Part shown: one piece after another, positions 21,070 through 30,785 of the stretch
Position numbering within the stretch: the stretch's first letter is position 1
Layout of the letters: every line of letters begins with the position of its first letter
IMG/VR virus record: IMGVR_UViG_3300046816_000070
Span: 455-64,454 of that record
Source of the DNA: a virus
Taxonomy: Duplodnaviria; Caudoviricetes
Strand: one strand, 5' to 3'
DNA length: 64,000 bases
Notes under the pieces: model-generated
Told to the model about the DNA's origin: nothing
Seen by the model: only the letters and a program-made list of their open reading frames with translations
The model's database searches: none
Position numbers and translations under genes: made by a program

Positions 21070-21084
21070 TTAACAGACACTTAA
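21070..21084 (-). promoter_or_regulatory. Perfect CtrA box upstream of the CtrA-like gene
   Basis: TTAA-cagacac-TTAA. Confidence 0.75.
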
Positions 21085-21126
21085 TGCTTTAAGATTGGGC
21101 CGTCAAGCGGTTGGATCACGAAAAAT

Positions 21127-21324
21127 TTACTCGTCCTCATCCGGTTCTTCGTCCAGCCGGGTCAGGTGTCCGCCGCAGCGGCGCGTCGCGTACACGGGCG
21201 GCTCGAACAGGATTTGCTCGTTCACCTCATCAAAGTCCTCGTCCAGCAGGATGGCGTCCGGGTCCACGACAAACGCGGGCATCCGGGGAGACGGTATATG
21301 ACGTATGTGCCTTGGCTTACTCAT
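21127..21324 (-). CDS. Small acidic hypothetical protein
   Basis: 65-aa ORF downstream of a structured leader. Confidence 0.45.
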   Translation of the reverse strand: MSKPRHIRHIPSPRMPAFVVDPDAILLDEDFDEVNEQILFEPPVYATRRCGGHLTRLDEEPDEDE

Positions 21325-21340
21325 TCCTCATTCCATCTGC

Positions 21341-21448
21341 GGGGTCCCCGGTGATGGAACCGCAAGGGTATGACCGGGGACCCCTAAGCCCGCCCCTCTC
21401 GGGGCTGACAGCTTTCTCGACAGCCGCACACGGCGACCTCACGGGCTA
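21341..21448 (-). ncRNA. Candidate structured RNA / leader
   Basis: 12-bp stem GGGGTCCCCGGT/ACCGGGGACCCC, plus a multibranch closed by AGCCCG/CGGGCT containing a GCCCC-GAGA-GGGGC tetraloop hairpin on the minus strand. Confidence 0.4.
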
Positions 21449-21478
21449 GGCCCAGTAGCAAGGTATCATCGGCAATCG

Positions 21479-21493
21479 TAAATGTAAAGTTAA
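21479..21493 (-). promoter_or_regulatory. CtrA-type box (1 mismatch)
   Basis: TAAA-tgtaaag-TTAA upstream of the structured region. Confidence 0.45.
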
Positions 21494-21601
21494 TTTGGTT
21501 GGAAGGGCAGGTAGTAGGTAGGGAGTTCGGCGGCCCACCATGCCGACTTTGCACACACCGCACCCTCTCGGCAGCGGCTCCCTCCCACTCGGACTTCCGG
21601 G

Positions 21602-21796
21602 TCATGCCCAGAAGAATACCAACAACATCAGCGTCCAGAGCCAGTCGGCGTTGCCAGTGATGAACGCCAGCGGGATGCCGCTGAATATCACGGAGACAAT
21701 AGCGGTCACGATCAGCCGATCCGTAATGGAAAGGTCCGACGATGGGCCGGGGATATTCGTCCCCCGGATTTTATTGGGGCTACGGGAATGTTTCAT
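21602..21796 (-). CDS. Small membrane protein
   Basis: Two hydrophobic segments and an ATGA overlap with the upstream gene. Confidence 0.55.
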   Translation of the reverse strand: MKHSRSPNKIRGTNIPGPSSDLSITDRLIVTAIVSVIFSGIPLAFITGNADWLWTLMLLVFFWA

Positions 21797-22053
21797 GCGG
21801 GACCTGAGAAGCCGGGGATGACAACGGTGGGTATGCCCTGAGTGCCGGTAGGGGCGAGCAGAACTACCGGCATCGTCCCGGCAACGAACGACGCGCCGGA
21901 CACCTGCCTGTGTTCCTTGTTCTTGGACTTGCCGCCCTCGGGGCCGGTCGCGCCGGTCGAGAGGACGTTCACCGTCTTGAAGACGCTAGCGGCAGGCCCG
22001 GTGAACCCTGCTCCTTGGGCACCGGTAACAACTCGTACGTTCGTGTTTGCCAT
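21793..22053 (-). CDS. Small protein with beta-strand/TG-motif repeats (possible virion decoration)
   Basis: VRVVTGAQG, VNVLSTGATGP and PVVLLAPTGTQG repeats, downstream of a CtrA box. Confidence 0.6.
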   Translation of the reverse strand: MANTNVRVVTGAQGAGFTGPAASVFKTVNVLSTGATGPEGGKSKNKEHRQVSGASFVAGTMPVVLLAPTGTQGIPTVVIPGFSGPA

Positions 22054-22179
22054 CTGGTCTGCCTCTATTGGTGCGGTGGACTACTGGATGCGGAAGTCTC
22101 CGACTTACTCCGGGTGTCATTTCACCGGGTCATCTAGAATACTACCCTCTCACCGCCCGTAGTGTTTGAGGCTCATACC

Positions 22180-22194
22180 TTAAGATTTACTTAA
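22180..22194 (-). promoter_or_regulatory. Perfect CtrA box
   Basis: TTAA-gatttac-TTAA, overlapping the last codons of the GIY-YIG gene. Confidence 0.7.
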
Positions 22195-22614
22195 TCGTTC
22201 AAGACGACGCACTCTTTTATATTCCTGATAGCAAGAGTTACAGTACGCCTTGCCGGGGCGCGGGTTTTCTTTTGCCCGCCCGCAACGTGGACAGTATCTC
22301 CCGTCACCTTTTCGTTTCGCGCCCGCTTTGCGCAATACCGCCGTCCCAATTCGGTCGGGCGCAACGGTCGCCCGGTTATATTTTGGGTTCTCTGACAGGA
22401 TGGCAGCCGCCTCTGCTTTATATCCTGAGGCCCAGTCTGGGTACCATTTCACCTTTACAGTCGCGATTTCCTTCGCCCACGAACGGGTCGCGCCATGATG
22501 TGCTAACCGTCCGCCGAATGGATTGGTCGAACACCCAATGTATAGCAAGGTGTCATCGGCAGAGAAGAAGCGATAGACCGCGTGGGGGAGTACGTCTTTC
22601 TCATAGTGTTTCAT
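22180..22614 (-). CDS. GIY-YIG nuclease with C-terminal zinc finger
   Basis: AVYRF...LLYIG...RL..H, AE..AI...NPKYN and CPRC...CNSC. Start at ATG 22614 has a GGAGG SD. Confidence 0.8.
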   Translation of the reverse strand: MKHYEKDVLPHAVYRFFSADDTLLYIGCSTNPFGGRLAHHGATRSWAKEIATVKVKWYPDWASGYKAEAAAILSENPKYNRATVAPDRIGTAVLRKAGAKRKGDGRYCPRCGRAKENPRPGKAYCNSCYQEYKRVRRLERLSKS

Positions 22615-22786
22615 TGATCCCTCCGTTGTATGTCCATACATAACACAAAAATTGCCATATGTCAAATCTTACCTTATATATTTCCAAAGGGGGTAGATAA
22701 GAAAGCAGGCCACTACCTCTGTCCATCATACCCCACGGGGCGAAATTAACCTTAACGGTTAACCCTAACGGGCTAGCGCGGGGCGC

Positions 22787-22823
22787 AAAAAGACCCGCCG
22801 CATATGCGAACATATGCGGCGGG
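22787..22823 (-). terminator. Rho-independent terminator
   Basis: 13-bp stem CCCGCCGCATATG with a TTCG loop, followed by TCTTTTT on the minus strand. Confidence 0.8.
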
Positions 22824-22842
22824 ATACTGTCAGAGTATGGCG

Positions 22843-23199
22843 TTACTTCTTGCTAGACTGTAACGCTAAGTCAACCTTAGTCCAATCAATGTCTTTCCCG
22901 GCCAACTCTGGCGCTTTCGCCTTCTTCCGGCCTTTGCCGTCATCCAGAGTAACAGAGACTTTGCCGAAATTGAGCAAAACGACCGGCTCCTCAGTCATTC
23001 CGCCTTTTACCGCGATCTGTTGCATGTAGGCAATGAAAAGATCGCGCTTTTTCTGATGTACCTCGCCGGACGCCTTTTGCTCGTCATAAAGCGATTGTGC
23101 CTTAGCATCCGGCAAATCGCCTTTTACATTCGGATCGAAAACCAAAAAGACGCGTCCGGGATTTTTGCTTTCTGGTCCGCTTACTGTAGTCTTTGGCAT
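22843..23199 (-). CDS. Hypothetical Lys-rich protein
   Basis: 118-aa ORF followed by a strong terminator. Confidence 0.65.
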   Translation of the reverse strand: MPKTTVSGPESKNPGRVFLVFDPNVKGDLPDAKAQSLYDEQKASGEVHQKKRDLFIAYMQQIAVKGGMTEEPVVLLNFGKVSVTLDDGKGRKKAKAPELAGKDIDWTKVDLALQSSKK

Positions 23200-23279
23200 T
23201 TTACTGCCCTTTCCGCTTTGTGGCGGAAGCGGAATTGCTTCCGCCTACGCGGCTTGCCATTTCGGGCAAGCCACATTTA

Positions 23280-23830
23280 TGCCATAATCTGAGAGGTATT
23301 ATTAATCCTAGAGGGTCCGAAGGTGCTACCTTAATATTCAAAAGTGAGCAAAGGGGTGCATATTAAAAAACTACTATTTAAGAAGTCCTTGGTACCACAT
23401 CATTACATCGCTGTTTTGGAGTTATAATATGATAATATGAACGCTAGGACGGAGCAATAGTGGAAATCTCTACCATCCCACCTTTTCACCTTTTTGCGGG
23501 AGCATGGAATAGGCAATAGCAAGCAAAGCGCCCTCTCTCTCTCTCTACTTGGAACAAAACATAAACATAAAGAAAAAGCCAGCAATCGCAAGGTGTAAAG
23601 GTTCAACCAGTATCAAAGGTGAACCAAAATTAGTTAACAAATCATTAGTCAGGGTAGAGAAAGTCAAGGTTGCTCCAGAAAACGGTTCATATTATCATAT
23701 TTGCAATAATTGCGCAAAAAGACCGTTTCACGCAATATTGTTGCGCATAATATGAATAATATGAACACATTTGCGCCACATTTGAAGGATAAATTCACCT
23801 TTATTCTCACCTTTCTTGCATATAACTAAT
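23280..23830. repeat. AT-rich divergent control region with direct/inverted repeats (candidate origin or genome-end region)
   Basis: AATATGATAATATGAAC at 23426-23442, its reverse complement at 23685-23701 and a variant at 23747-23766. Also recurring CACCTT/AAGGTG and a CtrA-like box at 23634-23648. Confidence 0.6.
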
Positions 23831-23910
23831 GCGAACCGTGCCCGAAATCGCAAGTTCGGGTCCGCCGCTCGGCGGCCCATGATCCACCGTGCCACTGAGG
23901 AGTATGCACA

Positions 23911-26900
23911 GTGAACCCCGGAACAATCATCGACTATAAGCGTCTAAGCCATGCTGGCACGAAAGTGCGCGGCAATGAGGTGCTTGATGCGCGTAAGCGC
24001 GTCAGTCACCGTCCGCAAGGCGTGATCCCGAATATCACCGCCCCTGTCCACGTCAAGTCTTTCACCGAGGAAATGGGCACTCCACGCAAGCAGTGGTTTG
24101 AGGGCATATGCCGCGATGTGGCCGAGTATCGGCGGCAGCGCACGGCAGACCGCAAGGCACATGAGGCCAAGCTGCTGGCCATGATCGCGAAAGCCTGAAC
24201 ATGAGCAATGGCCCGTTCAAGATTAAATGCGAGATATTCCAGAGCGGTAGCGTAAAACGCTACAAACACACGCTTTGGCTGTACAACTCGCAGATTGGTT
24301 TTAAGGTGGGACCGTCTCCCATCGCACCCGAATGGATGCGGCAGCGTCAAGCTGTCGGAAACACGTCTCATATCCTCGATGGGACATATCAGCCACCCAA
24401 GCCAGATGCGCCGGTCAAAGGCGTATTGCGGGCCACATGAGGGACTTCTGCACACAATGCGGCGCAGGCTTTCCCCCGCGAATGGGGGAAGGCTGCTGCA
24501 TTGACTGGCAGAAGTGCCAAAGGGAGCAAAATTCAATGACGAAAATGGAGAATGATGTGTGGATGGCAGTGATATGCCTTACGTTCGGCATGGTTGCCGC
24601 GTGGGGCATATGCCTGCTTATGGTGCTTGGGAGGGCGGCATGAAGGATACCTTCCCATTTCATCGTACACGCGAGTATGATGTGCTGCTTGGCAAGCATA
24701 TTGCCAAACTGCGCGTTGGCTGGGCTATCAACGCTGAGGGCTATATCAGCGGATTTGGCCGGTTTGGCGGCAAGGCTGGCAACGGCGCAAGGGCCATGCG
24801 CGAGATATGCCTGATTGCCGACAGATGGCAGCAAAGCCTCTCGCTGCGAGCGGACAATCAGCGATTGGCCGATTGGTACAAGCAATTCGACTTTGTGCAG
24901 CCTGACGACGACCTGTGGCTGTTTCGCAGCACATTCCGGCTCTCTCCCAAGAGAGTGCAGGCATACTACAATATGACCGAGGTGAACTATCAGGCGTATT
25001 CTCGCGCCCAGCGTCGGCATTACAGGGAGCATCCAGTCCATGAAGCCGTTTAGAGGCGTACTGCAAAGCTGGGGCAAGATACCCGGCAAGCGTGTTCGTG
25101 GGCGCATTGTCCACGATAACAGGCACAATCCCGAGACTACGGAGTTTGCGCCGGATCACCGCATCGAGACTAGCAAGGTGACACGGTTAACGCCCGTTCT
25201 GGGTAGTGACTTCGCCATTCTGGAGACTGACAACAGTTTCTATGTGCTGATGGGCAAGGAGGTGTACCATGACGACCGCTAAACGCCCCACTCGGTATGA
25301 GGTGCGAAAGCGCCGCAGGCTGCGAGCATTGCGCATTATGCTCAGGCAGGAAGTGAGTATCGACAGAGACGAGGCACAGGCGTTCCTCAATGGCTGTGGC
25401 ATAAAGCCCAGACATTGCAGCCTTGCACCCATCCATATGCGCGTGGTGGACTGGGACGTTCGCGGCAGACAATGACAGACATGCAAACATATCTGGTGCG
25501 TTGCGGCGACGGCCACAAACGCACTAACATCGTAGTCCATGCGGATTACTACAAAGTGGAGGGCGGAACTCTGACGTTCCGTATGTGCAAACATGGTGTG
25601 GGGCTTGGGGGCTTTGCAGCTTATCCTGAGACAATACGCTCATTCGCCGCTGGATATTGGCGCGACGTTGAGCGTATTAAGGCAGATGAGGTTGCCATAT
25701 ACGAGGCCAGCGATGAATGAAATCAAGGTAAAGTTCAACAAAAAAGTGTTCCTGCATGGTGATAGTGCAGGAATAAACGAGACATTTGCCAAACTTGTAG
25801 AGTTTGACAAATACTATCCAGCGGTCATTAGCGACGTTGGATCGTTCTATGCGCTGCGTGTGAAGGTGTCAGAACACGACACAATACCGGCGCATCGTGA
25901 GGAGGTGCATCCATTTGGGCCACTCAACTTGGACAAGTGGATACGCCAACAGCGCAATGAGCAGTGGAAGGCTCGTCTTAAACTGCGGATCAAGGCGCTC
26001 ACTGAGGAAATGGAAGCGTTGGAGAAAGCCGATGCAGCCGCCCAATGATGACGAATATGAGTTTGGCTTCTTTAGAGGACTGTTGTGGGCCATGCCGCCC
26101 ACGATCATCCTTTGGGTTGCGATCATATACGCTTGGAGTAAGCTGTGAAACTCACTCGCAACGAGATAAACGCGGTCGCTACGGCTGCCTTGAGCGGCAT
26201 GTTTCCAGTTAATGCACTGTGGTACAAGCAGTTCTTTGGCATCCCGCATGGCCGCGCAATGGCGCTAGAACGTCACAGGTTCAAGCCGGTGGATATTCGC
26301 CGGATAAAAGGTGCATTGGAGCGGGCACATGCTCCAAAGGGCGCAGGAGAGGTGCAAATGAAGTGCATAGAGGAGATAAAGACACGCGCGATAATGCGGG
26401 TGTCTGATGCGTCAGCGGCGGAAGTGGTAAAGAACGGTACTCACCGTTATGTGCCAAAGAACCGCTGGCGGGCTGACAAGCGCAAGCATGAGGCGGTACA
26501 GGAGAGCAACCCATGAAGGGTGGGGACAAAATCCGCGAAATACTAAAGCAGGAACGGCAATGGTCCCGCTCCTGCCGAATAGCATATGCGAATTACCGCA
26601 TGGGCACAGCCGCCAACGCTGAGGAGCATCGGCTGTGGGCATCGGTACTCGCTGCCAATTCCGGTAGCGAGAACACAGGAGGTGCCGATGTTACGGCGCA
26701 AACTTGAGTGCATGAACTCCATGCGCGAGTGCAGTGGTCACAGCGAGTGTGACTATGGCTGCTATGTGGGCTATAATTGGCCCGCTATCATCGTGCTTGG
26801 CGTTGGTATGGCGCTGCTGGCGTTCACCAGCATCATCACCTACAATTCTTGGTACAACTGGTAGAAAGGTGGGAGCGTCTAAGGCGGCGCTCCCATTCAC

Positions 26901-27131
26901 CATATGAGCAACATAATAGAGTTTCCGGGGCCTAACCGTGCTACCCGCAAAGCCATGACAACAGAGGCTTTGTGTGAGGCAGAGTTAGGCTTTACCGATG
27001 AGGAACTCGCAGACTTGAGAGAGGCGCTTAACCAGAGCAATAGGGCGCACCTCATAGAGAATGTGCGTAAGCAGTGTCTAGCCGTGCGTGTATTGTTGAA
27101 TGAGTTGCTGGATAGTTACCATAATACCTAA
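23911..27131 (+). other. Cluster of small early hypothetical ORFs
   Basis: Tightly coupled ORFs, e.g. 23911-24198, 24201-24440, 24640-25053, 25040-25282, 25269-25475, 25472-25720, 25713-26048, 26145-26516, 26513-26707 and 26904-27131. No functions recognised. Confidence 0.65.
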
Positions 27132-27182
27132 TGTGGCCCTGCCCGAAGCGGCAAGGCCCGAACGAAGCGAGGAGCATATCAG

Positions 27183-28826
27183 ATGCCGTTCAGAATAATG
27201 CTTGTTGGTACCAAGAATGATCCGCTTTGGTATCGTGGAGAGGGTGGCAGTATCCTCGAATTTGAGGATGGGGCCGCTGCTCAAGCCAGAGTGAAGGAGA
27301 TTGCCGCTGCTGGGAGTGACCAGAAGTGGAGGGTCAAACGAGTTGTGGACACGCGCTGGAAATCGCGTGAACAGCGCAAGTTTGACGATGGTACCTACGA
27401 ATATGTACCGTGGGAGGGATCGTCATGGTGGGGTGCGGTGCGCCACATACATGGCCACCATTACCCGCATGTGTCCCGTTCCATGCCGGGTATGGTCGCT
27501 TATACCGAAAGCCCGGACAAGGGCATGGACAACAAGCAAACCCAGATCAAGCCGGGACGGTATCTGGAAAAGTATTTTGCCGAAATCCTCAAAGTTTATG
27601 GCCTCAGCATCAAATCGCTGGCCACTCAGTATGAAAAGGACTATCGACCTCGCAAGGTACACTTTGCCACTACAGAGGACGAGGTGCAGCGTGTGTACGA
27701 GAAGGGTCCACATAGCTGCATGTCGGACAGGCCCCATCGTGTCAAGCATGGCTGGGGCTGGCCAGTTCCCGGTGCGTGGCCAAATGGCGTCCATGCCTGC
27801 CGGGCCTACATCACTGATGAGGACGGGTTGCAAGTCGCATATCTCACTTCCAGCGATGAGCCGGGTGGACGCATAGAGGCGAGAGCCTTGGTGTGGCCGA
27901 AGAAGAAAACGCATAGCCGTTGTTACGGCGCAGAAGCGGCTTTGCGGAAGGAATTGGGCCTGTTGGGCTATACGCCAGAGGCTCCCATAGGGGCGAGGAT
28001 ACAGCGCCTCCCAGTGGACGTTCACGGGACCATGCTGTTTATCACGCCATATATTGACATAGGCCAGCAAGCCGGGGCGGGCGCAACTGCTGTCAAGGAC
28101 AAGAAAACGTATCTTGAAATTGTCCTTGCAGAACCCGGTACCTATCCTGCCAATGCGACAAGCGGCCTCTGTGGCAGCAAACTAGACCGTAATATGCGGC
28201 CCATTACCCACAATGTCGTCCACTGCCAAATGTGCAACGATCACACTGATGATGTTGGGCCGTTCTATCAAATCTATATGTCCAGTGCTGGCTCAGACTT
28301 CCAGATGTGGTGCGAAGCGTGTCTGATGCGAGACGGCACCGATCTAGCCGGTACGCCGCGTGGCGCATATCAATGCCATCAGGACGGGCGGTACTATTCC
28401 CGTGCTGCGTTTCCTCCGGTAAAGATGGATGACGGCAGTATATGGTCCCCGAGGGCGTTCAGGGCGCATGGCTTCACCTGCAAGGCCACCGGCAAGAACT
28501 ATCCCGCGCAGGAAGCGGTGCGTATGTTCAACGGTGACAAGTGGCATTTGCGCCATTTCCGCGCTAATGGCTTTACTTGCTGGTGGAGCGGAGAGCATTA
28601 CCCCAACGCTATGAAGATGATAATGGCAGAGGGCAAGGCAATGGCCCAAGCGATATTCATATCGCAGGGCTTCACCTGTGAAGGGTGCAGCCGAAACTGG
28701 CTCAAATCCAACAGATCGAGAGTACGCGGCCTCTGCATGGAGTGTGCCAACAATGAGTTGCGTATGGACGCAAGACTTGCGGCGTACAAGGTTCCTAATA
28801 CCAATGAGGAGTATCGTTGTGACTGA
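27183..28826 (+). CDS. Conserved phage early protein with C-terminal Cys-rich (zinc-finger-like) repeats
   Basis: KPGRYL, SCM, ARALVW, RCYG and PYID core. C-terminus has CxxC pairs and three GFTC repeats. GAGGAG SD. Confidence 0.7.
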   Translation: MPFRIMLVGTKNDPLWYRGEGGSILEFEDGAAAQARVKEIAAAGSDQKWRVKRVVDTRWKSREQRKFDDGTYEYVPWEGSSWWGAVRHIHGHHYPHVSRSMPGMVAYTESPDKGMDNKQTQIKPGRYLEKYFAEILKVYGLSIKSLATQYEKDYRPRKVHFATTEDEVQRVYEKGPHSCMSDRPHRVKHGWGWPVPGAWPNGVHACRAYITDEDGLQVAYLTSSDEPGGRIEARALVWPKKKTHSRCYGAEAALRKELGLLGYTPEAPIGARIQRLPVDVHGTMLFITPYIDIGQQAGAGATAVKDKKTYLEIVLAEPGTYPANATSGLCGSKLDRNMRPITHNVVHCQMCNDHTDDVGPFYQIYMSSAGSDFQMWCEACLMRDGTDLAGTPRGAYQCHQDGRYYSRAAFPPVKMDDGSIWSPRAFRAHGFTCKATGKNYPAQEAVRMFNGDKWHLRHFRANGFTCWWSGEHYPNAMKMIMAEGKAMAQAIFISQGFTCEGCSRNWLKSNRSRVRGLCMECANNELRMDARLAAYKVPNTNEEYRCD

Positions 28827-30228
28827 CATTAAGAAAGACGACACTCCACCAAAGCGGTCGGACTGGTGGGTTACGGAGAATATCCGTACTACGCCAGAAC
28901 GCACGGCTGCGGTGGATCAGCTAATCGAAATGCACACCTATAAGCGGGTGGCATGGAGCAAGAGTGAACGCAAGTTCATCCACGAATTTATTAAGCCGAT
29001 CAAAGGCATAAAGTTCGACAAGTTCGGCAATATGAGCGTTCGGGTGGGTAATTCGCCAATCATGTGGTCCAGCCATACCGATACTGTCCATGAGAAGAAG
29101 GGCAGGCAGCGGGTAGGCTTCGACGATAAGGAGATTGGCATTGCCTCCGAGGATGACAGCGGCAGCACTTGCTTCGGTGCTGATGACACTGTGGGCGTGT
29201 GGCATATGCTGCAAATGCTGGATGCTGGCGTTCCCGGCCTCTATGTGTTCCACCGAGAGGAAGAAGGTGGCCGCAAGGGCAGCAAATGGATCGTAGAGAA
29301 CGACAAGGAACTGCTGAAAGATATTAAGTTTGCAGTTGCCTTGGACCGCAAAAACCACGACAACTTCATCACCCATCAGATGGGCGACCGCTGTTGTTCT
29401 GAGGATTTTGCCAATCAGTTCATTGCGCTCCTCAATGCTGGTGGCACTCTTAGCTACAAGTCAGACACCACCGGCTCATATACCGATACCGCATCATATG
29501 TGGATCATATTGGTGAGTGTACCAATCTGTCGGTAGGCTACACCGGGGCACATAGCAAGTGGGAGCGGCTGGATATTGAGCATTGCTTCAAACTGCGCGA
29601 TGTGCTGTGCAGCCCTGAGTTCATTGCAGGGCTGAAAGGGCTGGATATGAAGCGCCAGCCGGGAGAGAAGGAAGTCAAGAAGGCTTACAGCTACAATGGC
29701 CATAACTATGGTGGTGGTGGTGGCAGCTACTACAATTCAGCCAACAAGCGGTCATATGGCGGTAATGCGTGGACCGCCGAAGAACGGGAGTTCTGGGACG
29801 AGTGGGGCTACCGCGATGAAACTCGCCACAGTGCCTATAATGGCTTGCCCCTCCGGGAGAATAAAGGCACACAAAGCGGTACACAGGTAGGTACGGGTGT
29901 CAGCAAGATTGGCGATATACGCCGCATTGGCGGGAATGAGGCTAATCCTGATGGCAAGCCGGTTATCATGCTGCCTGATCTGCGGAAAGACCCTCCCAAG
30001 CCGGATACTGCTGTCGTGCCACCAGCCGATGATGACAGCGAACATGATACAAACTACGAGCGTCTGATCCAACTGATCCAGCGCAACCCGGAAGCAACTC
30101 TGGAAATGATGTCAACTATAATTGATGAAAGTCCAGAGACGATTGCGGATATACTGGATGCAGAAGGGATGAGCGAAAAGAAGTTCATCGACGAAATTGT
30201 CCAGATGTACGGAGTTTGTAACTGCTAG
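28819..30228 (+). CDS. M28/M20-clan zinc metallopeptidase
   Basis: SHTDTVH, GADD, EEEG, LDRK, YTDT and NLSVGY..AH motifs. GTG start at 28819 after GAGGAG. Confidence 0.85.
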   Translation: MTDIKKDDTPPKRSDWWVTENIRTTPERTAAVDQLIEMHTYKRVAWSKSERKFIHEFIKPIKGIKFDKFGNMSVRVGNSPIMWSSHTDTVHEKKGRQRVGFDDKEIGIASEDDSGSTCFGADDTVGVWHMLQMLDAGVPGLYVFHREEEGGRKGSKWIVENDKELLKDIKFAVALDRKNHDNFITHQMGDRCCSEDFANQFIALLNAGGTLSYKSDTTGSYTDTASYVDHIGECTNLSVGYTGAHSKWERLDIEHCFKLRDVLCSPEFIAGLKGLDMKRQPGEKEVKKAYSYNGHNYGGGGGSYYNSANKRSYGGNAWTAEEREFWDEWGYRDETRHSAYNGLPLRENKGTQSGTQVGTGVSKIGDIRRIGGNEANPDGKPVIMLPDLRKDPPKPDTAVVPPADDDSEHDTNYERLIQLIQRNPEATLEMMSTIIDESPETIADILDAEGMSEKKFIDEIVQMYGVCNC

Positions 30229-30332
30229 TTGCTTTCCCACTCTGGGGCCATATCGCCCCAGCAGGGAGCGCACCTAGGCGCATCCCTCACCATCCCGGTG
30301 AGTAGTTGGTACCAACCAAAGGAGGTGTTCAG

Positions 30333-30638
30333 ATGAACACAGCAAAGGTTATTGATCTGCTCGAAAGTCTCTTGAAGGAAGTGAAAGGCAGCGCATGTGT
30401 TGCCGCCACGCCCGTCAAGAAGGGCAACCGTACGCCCCCGCGTACGGATTATCGCGGCGGTAACGCCGTGCAAGACTTGACGGACGTAGTTCGTCGAGCC
30501 GTGCGGCTTGCCCGCAACGGCAAGATGCTCTCCAAAAAGGAGCGCAATCTTGCGCGGAAGGTGGTGAAGGACGCTAAGAAGCGTCATGCCATCGTCAATA
30601 CCAACGGGGTGGACGTGTTCACCCACGCTGGCCTCTAG
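30333..30638 (+). CDS. Basic hypothetical protein
   Basis: AAGGAGG SD before ATG 30333. Confidence 0.65.
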   Translation: MNTAKVIDLLESLLKEVKGSACVAATPVKKGNRTPPRTDYRGGNAVQDLTDVVRRAVRLARNGKMLSKKERNLARKVVKDAKKRHAIVNTNGVDVFTHAGL

Positions 30639-30645
30639 TGGGATC

Positions 30646-30675
30646 GCCCCGCACAGCTTCCAACCTGTGCGGGGC
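30646..30675 (+). other. 11-bp hairpin upstream of the tRNA pair
   Basis: GCCCCGCACAG-cttccaac-CTGTGCGGGGC, with no U tail. Confidence 0.55.
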
Positions 30676-30698
30676 ACCATTACCATGCTGGTATTCGT

Positions 30699-30775
30699 GT
30701 TGCCATCGTCTAGCGGCCTAGGACGCTTGCCCCCTCAGGTGAGAAACGCATGTTCAAATCATGCTGGCAACGCCA
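30699..30775 (+). tRNA. Atypical tRNA-Glu-like gene 1 (77 nt, 8-nt anticodon loop CCCCTCAG)
   Basis: Acceptor GTTGCCA/TGGCAAC, D-arm GTCT...GGAC, T-arm GCATG-TTCAAAT-CATGC, and encoded G-CCA. Confidence 0.85.
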
Positions 30776-30785
30776 ATATCAGCTT

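Noticed and set aside
22075-22125. CCGGTGAAAT resembling part of a cobalamin riboswitch
   Set aside because: The other conserved elements (GGGAA, GCCCCCGC, B12 box) are not present.
30726-30743. Reading the anticodon as TCA (opal suppressor or Sec tRNA)
   Set aside because: Centring TCA in a 7-nt loop destroys the anticodon stem, there is no long variable arm, and TGA is used as a normal stop in overlapping gene junctions.
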